Source: a virus (lineage: Duplodnaviria > Caudoviricetes). Taken from it: a stretch of 60,952 bases of DNA. The first letter of the stretch is position 1. Each line of letters begins with the position of its first letter. A program made the translations under genes and the position numbers. The DNA lies in the IMG/VR virus record IMGVR_UViG_3300025569_000021, positions 1 through 60,952 of that record. One strand, given 5' to 3'. Shown piece by piece: positions 9,508-18,253 of the stretch. The notes below the pieces were generated by a model. It saw only the letters and a list, made by a program, of their open reading frames with translations, did not search any database and had not been told where the DNA came from.

Positions 9508-10716
9508 ATGCCGCGCGTCCTCCCGAATCCACACCGCCGCAAGGAGCCGAACCCAGACCTCATCCCTGAAGACGTCGTCGTCCTGGATGCCGAAGACGAA
9601 GACTTACTCGTCGCTGGTCGATTCTACTACGCCGACCCCCGGCAAGTATTGCCCTCCCCGCTCGAAGACGGGCGCATCCTGGCGTACGAGCCGCCGAAGC
9701 TGCCTGAGTACCTGAAGACCTTGCGCATCCAATGCCAAGCCGCAGTCCGGAGAGGCTCCGAGATTGTCCAGTGTGAATACTGGGCACATCCCGGCTACTA
9801 CTTCTGCAAGAAGTGCCTCATCCCATCAGTCGAAGAGAAGCCACAACGGTGTATTGCTATCTTCGCGGAAGACCACGAGTATGCCGGAGAACAATGCCCG
9901 ATGCGTGCTACTCGTGGGCGAAACAAGTGCCCGAAGCATGGAGGCGGGAACCTCTGGAAAGAAACCGTCGGCCTGACGCATCAAGAGTCAAACAGTGTCT
10001 ACGGCGCATTCATTCCGATCAGCATGAAAGCTCGGCTTGCCGCTATCATCGAAGGCGAAGCGGTCAAGCTGGAAAGCTCCGACGACGAGATCCGCCTCTC
10101 CTCGGCTGCCGTCGCACTCGCGACAGCCAGGAAGATCCGGTGCCCTGGCACGTTCAAGGAAAACGGATTCTCCGGACATCAGGTGAATATGGCCAAGGCG
10201 TTTCTTGAGACCGGGCTTGCCGCCGACCCCGGGAGTCCTGCCGGGAAGGCATGCTCTGAAGCGCTCAGCATCCTCAAGAATTGCGATCACAACCTGGTAT
10301 TCCGTTGCACGCACCGCTGGCCCGGGCTGGAGAGTCCGGACCAGGCTGAGCGCGTCGTCAAGATGAACGAGTCCGTGATCCGTCAGAAGCAGATGGGCCA
10401 GAAGCTCGTGCAGGAAAAGGATGCAATGCCTCACGAGGAGTTCGAGAAGCGGATGACCTACCTCGCTGACCTCATGCTCTCGTGCGTCTCCAGCAAATCG
10501 GAGCGCGAGGCGATCATCGGTGTCGTCAAGCAACAGCAATCGGGGATTCTAGCAAAGAGAGTTGGCGCGAGGGGGCGGTCAAAGGCAATTTCATCCGGGA
10601 AAGCTCCGTGGCAGCACGCCGGTCCGGCGCCTGAGTCAAGTACACCTCGGTCGTCCGAACCTCTTGATGTCCAAGGAGCGCCTGCAGACTCCGAATCTCC
10701 CCCTCCTGATCCATGA
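9508..10716 (+). CDS. Cys-rich HGG-motif protein, possible terminase small subunit
   Basis: C..C.M.A..GRNKCPKHGGG resembles HGGxSTG-type domains; SD AGGAG; oriented opposite to its neighbours. Confidence 0.5.
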   Translation: MPRVLPNPHRRKEPNPDLIPEDVVVLDAEDEDLLVAGRFYYADPRQVLPSPLEDGRILAYEPPKLPEYLKTLRIQCQAAVRRGSEIVQCEYWAHPGYYFCKKCLIPSVEEKPQRCIAIFAEDHEYAGEQCPMRATRGRNKCPKHGGGNLWKETVGLTHQESNSVYGAFIPISMKARLAAIIEGEAVKLESSDDEIRLSSAAVALATARKIRCPGTFKENGFSGHQVNMAKAFLETGLAADPGSPAGKACSEALSILKNCDHNLVFRCTHRWPGLESPDQAERVVKMNESVIRQKQMGQKLVQEKDAMPHEEFEKRMTYLADLMLSCVSSKSEREAIIGVVKQQQSGILAKRVGARGRSKAISSGKAPWQHAGPAPESSTPRSSEPLDVQGAPADSESPPPDP

Positions 10717-11461
10717 AGTAGTCCGCGAATGTGTGCCGCAGCCGGTGCCAGGTGCCGGTGAGCCCTGCCTGCCGCATGGCTCGGCGCATCATGGTATCCA
10801 GCTCGTTGCAGGGCTCAAGGTGATCGTACCTCTCGCCGCTCACCGCGACGAGCAGGAACCTGCGGCCATCACCGTACTTCTCGATGCAGTCTTCGAGGAT
10901 GGGCCGAAGCTCCCGGTGAATGATGAGCCCCCGAACCCGCTTGCCCTTCGGGTAGAACGCGATGTCAGGGACCGGAGCGACGGTCAGCCGACCTCGCGAG
11001 AGGTCGATCCTGGAAAGCTCAAGTGTCAGAATCTCCGAGCGGCGCATCCCGGTGTAGAGCGCGATGTGGGCGGCGTACCAAGCGCGAGACCTCGGGCGGA
11101 TGCAGGCGATGAGCCGCTGCAACTCCTCAGCCAAGAGCGACTTGCGGTACGAGTCACTCGGCCGCTTCAAGCGCTTGAGGCCCCGGAGCACGGTGGCCCG
11201 GATGAGCCCCTGATCGACAGCCTCTTGCAGGACCCTTTTCCAGTGCGAGATCTGAAGGTTCACGGTCGATGCCTGGACCTCTTCGGAGCGGCGCTTCACC
11301 GCTCGGCGCAGGTCCACCTCTGACAGCTCGTCGATCGGCCGGTCGCCAACCAACTCGTCGAGCTTTTGGATGTGCTGCCGCGCCTTGCGGGCACCTTCTT
11401 TCGTGGGCGAGAGCTGGTAGTCTTCCTGGTAGGTAGCCAGGAATTCGTGGAGCGTAATCAT
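10526..11461 (-). CDS. Tyrosine recombinase/integrase
   Basis: Catalytic set present: TGMRRSE (R), PKGK (K), HRLRHTF (HxxR), LLGH (H), TTEVY (Y). Confidence 0.93.
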   Translation of the reverse strand: MITLHEFLATYQEDYQLSPTKEGARKARQHIQKLDELVGDRPIDELSEVDLRRAVKRRSEEVQASTVNLQISHWKRVLQEAVDQGLIRATVLRGLKRLKRPSDSYRKSLLAEELQRLIACIRPRSRAWYAAHIALYTGMRRSEILTLELSRIDLSRGRLTVAPVPDIAFYPKGKRVRGLIIHRELRPILEDCIEKYGDGRRFLLVAVSGERYDHLEPCNELDTMMRRAMRQAGLTGTWHRLRHTFADYFMDQEGEIRSLQALLGHQEVRTTEVYLTQAPDRRAATELSRMKLPLTAPSRQLSLLESPIAVA

Positions 11462-11693
11462 GGGGTGTCCCTCCGGGTGGCGTTGGCTCAGAGATAGTAA
11501 GACAGAAAGTAGGCAAGAGCCCAGGCGAATGATGGCACTGCAATCACACATCCGATGCCGATTGCATCATTGCGTATCTCACTTTCTTTCTTGTCTGCTG
11601 GTATGGAGAACCATGCAATCGCCGCAAGGCAGATGCCAAGTAGCGACGTGATGCCAGCCAATAGTGCTAGGAATAGGCCCATCATGTGCCACA

Positions 11694-12479
11694 TCAGAAT
11701 TCCTCGTCGTCGAGCATTGGCATCGAAGCATGGTAGCCAGCGATCTTGGGCGACTCGTCCTGCGCCTCGTCCATCTCCACGCCCTCGGCCGTCGCGTCCG
11801 CCAAGGTCGGTTCGTGGAACACATGCAGCGGATCAGACAACGGGTCGACTTCGCGGAGCATCCCGGTCAGAATTTGGGCCGTCTCCGCTTCGCCCATCTC
11901 ATCGAGAGACCGCTTGACGCCAGACATCAACCGCGCGATGACTCCGGCGATCGTGTCGAGCGGCGCGGTGTACCCCTTCCGATAGAACTTCAGGAGCCGC
12001 AGCATCGAGCCGCCTGCGTCCTCGTTTCTGACTGGATGCAGGTAGATCAATCGCTTGGCTGCGAGATCTGGGTAGAACCCATCGGCACACAAGCTCTGCC
12101 AGTGGCCGTCATGCCAGACCGCGGCCTGGGCGATCGAGAAGTCGAACGATGCGATGGCGTCCTCGGGCCGATCGAACGTCCAGCGGTGGATGAATTGCAC
12201 CGGAATCGATAGCCCTCGGACGGTGAAGGCGTTGTCCGTCTCGATGATCTTGCGGTGGCTGTCCTGGACCAGTGCATTGGCGCAGACCCGCGCATCGTCG
12301 ACCGTGGCACAGAAAAGGTCAATGTCGCTCGGGGCCTCCCGTGTGACACAGGCTCGGATGAAGCCGCCGGCCAAGAACGGCGCACGCATCGTTGCGACAT
12401 TCCCCATCAGCAGGTCGGCGACTCGCTTCGGCAAGCGACGGACGATCCAGTACAGGTCATGGCGTGAGAGAGTGGTCAT
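11694..12479 (-). CDS. Nucleotidyltransferase (poly(A) polymerase / CCA-adding head-like)
   Basis: FLAGGFIR..SDIDLF (hG[GS]..DxD), VQFI, FDFSIAQ..RLLKF..KGY. Confidence 0.75.
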   Translation of the reverse strand: MTTLSRHDLYWIVRRLPKRVADLLMGNVATMRAPFLAGGFIRACVTREAPSDIDLFCATVDDARVCANALVQDSHRKIIETDNAFTVRGLSIPVQFIHRWTFDRPEDAIASFDFSIAQAAVWHDGHWQSLCADGFYPDLAAKRLIYLHPVRNEDAGGSMLRLLKFYRKGYTAPLDTIAGVIARLMSGVKRSLDEMGEAETAQILTGMLREVDPLSDPLHVFHEPTLADATAEGVEMDEAQDESPKIAGYHASMPMLDDEEF

Positions 12480-12922
12480 GGCTGTGACTCCGGGTGGTAG
12501 GCTTCGATGACCAGATTGTTGGGGTCATCTTCTTCGAGCCCGGTTCGTGGGTTGGGCCGTTTTGCTGGCATGATATTCACTTTTGTCAATCGGCCGAGTC
12601 GTGCAGTGAGATACTCGCTCGCGATGCTTTTCATCCTATCCATTGTGTCAAGCGTATTCCACTGGAATTCGAACCGCTTGAGTACTCCATCGAGGCCTCG
12701 TTGAACGTCTTCCGTTACCTTGGCAGCCTCCGGGGTTGGCTGTGGCAGATCCTCCATGATTCTATCAACCATCAGTCCGGTCCAGTAGCTCGTGAATTCA
12801 ATGAAGTCACTGGCCGGGACGATGATGTTCTCATCCGCGCTGTTGCAGATGTGGATGTTCCCTGAGAGGTCTGGGTTGTGGTGAAAGCGTGTGCCACCTG
12901 GCGCCTTGAATGTATGGCTCAT
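12476..12922 (-). CDS. Hypothetical protein
   Basis: ORF from MSHTFK; ATGA coupling to the next gene. Confidence 0.55.
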   Translation of the reverse strand: MSHTFKAPGGTRFHHNPDLSGNIHICNSADENIIVPASDFIEFTSYWTGLMVDRIMEDLPQPTPEAAKVTEDVQRGLDGVLKRFEFQWNTLDTMDRMKSIASEYLTARLGRLTKVNIMPAKRPNPRTGLEEDDPNNLVIEAYHPESQP

Positions 12923-13055
12923 TCGTCGTCCCACGGATGCTTGAATGTGATGTGGATACGTCTCGGCCTCCCAAGATGTGCCGCGATGACTCCGACGACC
13001 AGGCAGATCGCGAAGTAGGGGAATCCGAGGTAGATGAGGCCAATGAGGAGTTCCA

Positions 13056-13568
13056 TCAGTCGGCGCTGCCAGGATCGAGGACTGCCATCTCAAGGCGCTC
13101 CTTGGTGACGGCCTCGCGCCATGCCGCATAGTCCCCTTCGCCAGCAAGACTCAAGCCACGCCTGAGCAGATCATCCATCCGATTGATGATCACCTCCTGC
13201 AGCCGGTTCAGCTTCATGAGCTGCTGGTGCGGAGACTTTTCGCAGCGCATGGCATGAGTCTTTAGATCACCCACCGTCGCCGAGATGTGGATCCCGCACC
13301 AGACACAGACTGTCGGATCTGTCCTGGGCGGGTTGAGACGAGACAACTCTCCGACAGCCATGGCAGCGAGTTGCTCCTGTGGGATGCCTGCGCAGGCGTT
13401 GACCGCCGCGATGATGCGGGCGCGGCGGGCGGGCCAGTGTTTCTGCGACTCCGGGTATTTGGCGTCCGGAGAACAGCAGATGTTGCCCATCACGTGGGCG
13501 TCACCATGCAGGGCGACGCCATCCGTGGCCATGCTGTTGATCCACGGCTCGTTGTACTCACGTCCCAT
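13056..13568 (-). CDS. Hypothetical protein with CxxC..H..C zinc motif
   Basis: ARIIAAVNACAGI and CVWCG..HAMRCEKSP; SD GGAGG. Confidence 0.65.
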   Translation of the reverse strand: MGREYNEPWINSMATDGVALHGDAHVMGNICCSPDAKYPESQKHWPARRARIIAAVNACAGIPQEQLAAMAVGELSRLNPPRTDPTVCVWCGIHISATVGDLKTHAMRCEKSPHQQLMKLNRLQEVIINRMDDLLRRGLSLAGEGDYAAWREAVTKERLEMAVLDPGSAD

Positions 13569-13914
13569 TCCCGTTTCCTCCAGTCTGTCCGAGCTGTTGC
13601 AGTGTCGTCCTGAGACGCTTGAGCGCCTCGGGCGCCTTGTCGAGATCCGCAATCACCAAGTCCCGCGCGAGCTTCGCAACGGCCATGACCTCATCCGGGC
13701 CGAGCGCGTCCATCGGGTCGAGCTTTCCGAGCCTCTTGACCGCCCATGATACGGCCGCCTGGTGCTTGATGTTAGGCCTGTGCAATCCGCCAAGCCAGCG
13801 GCTGATGACGTTCGGCGGGATGCCGGTCTCCCGAGCGATCTCCGCCTGCGTTATTGGCGGCTCGCGGTCGACCATCGCCTGACGTACCAGTCGAATCCAT
13901 TCGTCCTTGCCCAA
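13558..13914 (-). CDS. XRE-family helix-turn-helix regulator
   Basis: ITQAEIARETGIPPNVISRWLGG..RP; SD GAGGAGG before TTG. Confidence 0.8.
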   Translation of the reverse strand: MGKDEWIRLVRQAMVDREPPITQAEIARETGIPPNVISRWLGGLHRPNIKHQAAVSWAVKRLGKLDPMDALGPDEVMAVAKLARDLVIADLDKAPEALKRLRTTLQQLGQTGGNGNGT

Positions 13915-13935
13915 ACTGCCCCTCCTCGTGATGTT

Positions 13936-13964
13936 ACCATAACAATTGGTTTGGCGACTTGCAA
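13936..13964 (-). promoter_or_regulatory. sigma70-type promoter for the XRE gene
   Basis: TTGCAA-17 nt-TATGGT with an extended TG. Confidence 0.6.
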
Positions 13965-13997
13965 GCCTGTTAGTGGTGCTTGAGCGCATGCTACGTG

Positions 13998-14034
13998 AAA
14001 CAAAGGGGGCTCCAGAGTTGGGCGGGAGCCCCCT
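13998..14034 (-). terminator. Intrinsic terminator
   Basis: AGGGGGCTCC/GGAGCCCCCT stem followed by TTGTTT on the minus strand. Confidence 0.55.
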
Positions 14035-14253
14035 CGTGTGTGGTGAGATACCTGATTGAGAGTCTAGTCGATAGTCACCTCCTTTCGTGGCTTGACGCAC
14101 CGTGCTTCGCGGTGCTATCGATAGTGGGGATGGTCCCCTGTGGTGCTGTCGGGTGGCGTTCCCGGGCACGGGCGTGCGGGTCATGGCGTTTAGCCCTATC
14201 AGGCTTGAGTCCCTCCAGTCTGACAGGGCTTTTCGTTGTCGTGGTCCCTCCGG

Positions 14254-15072
14254 TCAGGTGGCGGTTGGCCTATTGATGACAGTCCCGAAGTAGTCGGACG
14301 TGCCGATGCACATGGTCCCCGTGTCCGTTGAGTCATCGAGAAACATCTTCAGCCAGTTCGCGTAACTCGTCCGCTCGCTGGCGAAGACCGTGGCGTTCCG
14401 TTCGCACCATTTGGCCAAACCTTCGGCCGTCTCGAATACCGGGCTCACCGGGCTGCCCTCGGAGGTGTCCTCCCAGAGTTGCCAGCCTGGACCGGTGGGC
14501 GGCTCGATGTCTTTCCATGCCTCATGCGCTGCATGGATCTCCGGCGACTGCCAGAACTCGCCCTCACCCTTGCATGCCTTGCAATCCGTTTCGAACCCGA
14601 GGCGCTCAGCTTTCGCACGAATGACGCACATCGCGTTGATGGAGTCGTGGCCGAACCCGAAATGACTCCACTCGTTCACTTCCTTGGGCGTCGGGATATA
14701 GCCGTTACCCTCCGGAAGCCAGGAATTGCCGCCAGCAGCGATCTTCTGGCGGGATATCTCTTGCTGCTCAGGCGTCCGTGGGACTCGCGTGAAGTCCCAC
14801 AAGCGGTCGGCGTCGAGCAATGCCTTGACATCGTCAGCATCGAGGTTGTAGCACCACGCCGCATTGTTGTATCGACGGCCACTGTTGATCCACACCCAGT
14901 CCTCTCGGTCTTGGCCATACCAGCGCACATACAGTTGCTTGATTTCGGGGCTACTTCCTTCGCCATCGCATGCTTTGCACTTCACCGATCTGTATGGGTT
15001 GATGAATCCGGCCCAGACTTGGTTGAGTGGCCAATCAAAGCCGAGTGGAACACGTCTTAGTCGTCTGCTCAC
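14254..15072 (-). CDS. Conserved phage hypothetical protein with CxxCxGxG motifs
   Basis: CKACDGEG and CKACKGEG; EPPTGPGWQLWEDTSEGSPVSPVF. Confidence 0.8.
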   Translation of the reverse strand: MSRRLRRVPLGFDWPLNQVWAGFINPYRSVKCKACDGEGSSPEIKQLYVRWYGQDREDWVWINSGRRYNNAAWCYNLDADDVKALLDADRLWDFTRVPRTPEQQEISRQKIAAGGNSWLPEGNGYIPTPKEVNEWSHFGFGHDSINAMCVIRAKAERLGFETDCKACKGEGEFWQSPEIHAAHEAWKDIEPPTGPGWQLWEDTSEGSPVSPVFETAEGLAKWCERNATVFASERTSYANWLKMFLDDSTDTGTMCIGTSDYFGTVINRPTAT

Positions 15073-15307
15073 GAGTCGCCCCTCCTTGTTCAGTCCGCCT
15101 TGGATGTTTCCTTCGCAAAATGCCGTGCTTTCATGATCTTCGTCGATGCGGCGTAGATGGCACCAATCGCTTGCTTGAGATGCCGGCGCTCCTCCTCGGA
15201 CTCCAGGCGCTCCTCCCTGTCCTTGATGAGATCGGCGATGTCATTGAGCTTGCCCAAGAGGTTGCTGTAGAAGCCGAAGCGGCGGAGCTTCGATCCTTTC
15301 CTGGCCG

Positions 15308-15787
15308 TCACGGCCCCTTCCTCGCGTACTCCGTCACGATGATCTTCTGCACCGGCCTTTCGAGAACCTCGGCCTTGAGCCTGTCGATCTCCTGCTTGGC
15401 CACATACAGTCGACGCCTGAGCGATGGAGCATCCTTGTCCTCGCGGTTGGCCTCGGCGAGCTGCTTCGTGAGGCGTGCGACGTCCTCGCAGAACTGGTCG
15501 CGCTCATCGACCGTGTTGTAGGCGATGTTCTTCCAATTCTTGAACGAGGCTTGCGCCTCGGCGAGTTGCTTCGCCAACTCCTCGATAGCGACCCCTCGGA
15601 CCTTGTAGAGCTGCTCCAGCTTGGCGAGCTGCTGGGCGGTCTCGTTGAGCTTCTCGCGGACCATGACCAGTTCCTCGGTCTTGGCCGTGGTCGTGACCTT
15701 GGCGAACTGCTCGATGGTCTTGGCGTTCTTGCCAGCCTCTACGAGTTGCTTGTGGCGGCGCGTGATGCGGCGTTGGTGTGCGTTCAT
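15308..15787 (-). CDS. Coiled-coil hypothetical protein
   Basis: Heptad-rich ORF with SD GGAGG. Confidence 0.65.
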   Translation of the reverse strand: MNAHQRRITRRHKQLVEAGKNAKTIEQFAKVTTTAKTEELVMVREKLNETAQQLAKLEQLYKVRGVAIEELAKQLAEAQASFKNWKNIAYNTVDERDQFCEDVARLTKQLAEANREDKDAPSLRRRLYVAKQEIDRLKAEVLERPVQKIIVTEYARKGP

Positions 15788-15845
15788 GGCGTAGTGGTCC
15801 TCCAGTGGTATGATGGTCGCTGACTCTCACAAGTGAGGTGCTTCG

Positions 15846-16160
15846 ATGCCCTTGAAGCCTGGCTCCTCCGATGCCGTCGTGTCCTCCAATATCCGAGAAA
15901 TGGTCAACAGCGGGCATCCGCAGAAACAGGCGGTGGCCGCTGCAATGCACAATGCCGGTCGGTCCAAGATCAAGAAAGACTGGGGTCCTGAAGAGGCGCT
16001 CGGGTACGGCGCGGGCGAGCTGCATCACGCCCAGGTCATCATCCCGCAGGTCCAGCCGCAAGCGGCGTTCCCCGATCCAGGACCTGGCGATATGCCGATG
16101 GGCGCGGTTCAGCTTCCACACAGCTACAACGCGGGCGAGGTCACGAGTCTGGGGTACTGA
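15846..16160 (+). CDS. Small phage protein (MPLK.G.S..V.S.NIREM..G.PQKQAVA family)
   Basis: Recognisable N-terminal motif; SD GAGGTG; isolated plus-strand gene. Confidence 0.75.
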   Translation: MPLKPGSSDAVVSSNIREMVNSGHPQKQAVAAAMHNAGRSKIKKDWGPEEALGYGAGELHHAQVIIPQVQPQAAFPDPGPGDMPMGAVQLPHSYNAGEVTSLGY

Positions 16161-16542
16161 GACCGAGGCGAGACTCTCCGCTCGCGATGGCAGCCTCGAG
16201 CACCCCCCAATCGATCGCGTCGTTTCGCTCGAATGCTCCCAGGGCAAGCTTGCAGGCGGACAAGAGGTCCGTCATGATTCCGTCGTTCTCGAACAGGAAG
16301 ACCCCAAGGTGCTTCTCGATGACATCGGCCAAGTCGAGGTTTGTCGGCCAGTCGTTGTCACCAAACTCCTCGCATAGCTCGCGGAGCTTCGCGACTGCGC
16401 CTTCACGCTCCACGATCCAGCCGTTAGCCGAACGGTCGCCGTAGTCCAGATCACGCAGGCACGAGCCGATGACTTGAGTCAGCGCTGAGCGTCGACCAAG
16501 TTCGGTCGCTCGTTCGATTGCGGTTTCTTCATCCTGTGACAT
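16141..16542 (-). CDS. Hypothetical protein
   Basis: [25 protein letters not shown] motif. Confidence 0.65.
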   Translation of the reverse strand: MSQDEETAIERATELGRRSALTQVIGSCLRDLDYGDRSANGWIVEREGAVAKLRELCEEFGDNDWPTNLDLADVIEKHLGVFLFENDGIMTDLLSACKLALGAFERNDAIDWGVLEAAIASGESRLGLSTPDS

Positions 16543-16704
16543 CTCGTGGTTCCTCCAAGTGGTGTGGTGCCGGCATGAGCGCGAATCGCTCCTCTAGCAG
16601 CTGATCGATATTCTTCCGCACTGCCTTCTCGTCGACTGCGGAGCGCGGGCCATCGCGGATGAGACTCCAGTTGAGACTCAGGGCGCGATCGATTTGGGCG
16701 ATGG

Positions 16705-17265
16705 TCAGCATGGTCCGCCAGGCATCCAGACTCGCCAGGTGTTGTGCGGACTCCAGACTCCGAAATCTTTGCTCTCGCGATCTGGGTGTCTGGTTAGCTC
16801 CTGCGGCACACAGCAAGGCATGGCAAGGATGAGCTTCCGCGGTGCCTGACAATTGATGTCAGCGACAATCAGGCTTGCATGGCTGTGCACTGCTACCAGA
16901 ACGAGCTTCTCTGCCTTGATGTGGAAGTTTTCGATCTTCTTCTTATGCACGGTCAAGCGCTTGACTGGCCAGTCCTTCGAGGTCCGCAGAGCCGGGTCTA
17001 CGCTGTGGCACTGCCAGGCCGACCGATACGCGAACATCGCTGCGGTCCTGGGCGTGTGCCCGTCTCCTGCGACGACGAGAACAACCTCGGGGTCGTCGAG
17101 TCTGAACACTCCCAGGTTTCGCACGTTGGCGTATGCACTGGCGCTCTCGGTCACCTCCTTTGCATTCGGGAACAGGCATGCCTTGAGCATGTCCGGGTAC
17201 GAGGTGCATCGGTGCATCTCGTTCATGTAGTGATCCCATGGCTTGGCGTATTGGCTCTTGCTCAT
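16705..17265 (-). CDS. Putative SAM-dependent methyltransferase-like protein
   Basis: VVAGDG..PRTAA, SVDP, VAVHSH, ILAMPCC. Confidence 0.55.
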   Translation of the reverse strand: MSKSQYAKPWDHYMNEMHRCTSYPDMLKACLFPNAKEVTESASAYANVRNLGVFRLDDPEVVLVVAGDGHTPRTAAMFAYRSAWQCHSVDPALRTSKDWPVKRLTVHKKKIENFHIKAEKLVLVAVHSHASLIVADINCQAPRKLILAMPCCVPQELTRHPDRESKDFGVWSPHNTWRVWMPGGPC

Positions 17266-17521
17266 TTGCCAGCGATGTCTGCCTGGCGTCTCTCGTAGAG
17301 GCGCCGCAAGTGTTCGTTGTGCTCCTCGGTCTTGCCCCACGCGATGACGTATCCGTGGTCCTGGCAGATGTTGCAGCCGGCGCCCTCGCAGGGTAGGTGC
17401 TGGCTGAAGTCATGCGCGATCTGACAGAGCGGGCAGAGCTTGATAATGCGCCCACCGGCGCAGACCTGATCTGCAACCAGTTGCGGGAGCTTCATGAACT
17501 CGGCGAGCAATTCTGAGGTGG

Positions 17522-17848
17522 TCATGGTAGCGTGTCCTCGAATGTCTCGTGCTGGGGGCCGTCAGTGCGGGGGACCGGCAGATGCCCGCGCATGACCGCA
17601 AGCCTCATCCCGATGTTGTTGCCAGCGCCGATCTGATTCTCAAGCCATCCAGCGCAGGGGATTTCCTCTCCCTCTTTCGAGTAGTGGCAAGCCATCACTG
17701 CCGTGCGCTTGAAGAGTGAAGCGATGGGATCCCCTGCGATGGTGCATGTCAGCTTGCGGTGGAGTTCCTCGCTGTAACCTGGGATGTCATCCGCAGGCTC
17801 ACAACCGACGCGCCAAGGGCACGACTTGCACTGTGTCACTTCGGCCAT
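17522..17848 (-). CDS. DUF6283-like Cys-rich protein
   Basis: CKSCPWR..MACH..CAGWL..N..MRLA. Confidence 0.65.
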   Translation of the reverse strand: MAEVTQCKSCPWRVGCEPADDIPGYSEELHRKLTCTIAGDPIASLFKRTAVMACHYSKEGEEIPCAGWLENQIGAGNNIGMRLAVMRGHLPVPRTDGPQHETFEDTLP

Positions 17849-18253
17849 TCAGCATTCCTCCATCGAGGATGCCTGGATGTCCTCCGAGAGAACGACCTGC
17901 ACGCCAAAGCCGTCTCCGAGCTTCCCGCAAGAGCAAGTGACCGTGGCTGTCAACTCGAACCCGTAGAACGTGCGCTGGCCTCGGCCCTTGCCCGTAGTTC
18001 TACTGGTTCGCTCGGTCGAGTCTTCCTCAACCTCAAGATTGTGCCCCTCGTCAAGGTGTCCTTCCAGTTCAGCGGTGGCGGCGTGCTCCACCTCAAACTC
18101 CGCAGTTCTGAGGTCTTGTCCGCACTCCGAGCAAGCGTTCACGATCGTGACGTCGGCACAGACCACGGCGCCGTCGCCTATCTCCAGGGAATTCACGTCT
18201 GGATCGTTCTCCTCCAGACTCACGAACTTGTTGCAGCTATCGCATCGCGGCAT
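17849..18253 (-). CDS. Acidic Cys-rich hypothetical protein
   Basis: CDSC, CSEC, CSC motifs; many Glu/Asp. Confidence 0.65.
   Translation of the reverse strand: MPRCDSCNKFVSLEENDPDVNSLEIGDGAVVCADVTIVNACSECGQDLRTAEFEVEHAATAELEGHLDEGHNLEVEEDSTERTSRTTGKGRGQRTFYGFELTATVTCSCGKLGDGFGVQVVLSEDIQASSMEEC

Noticed and set aside
9462-15829. GACTCTCA upstream of both isolated plus-strand genes as a late promoter
   Set aside because: An 8-mer at inconsistent distances, not seen upstream of terL; may be chance.
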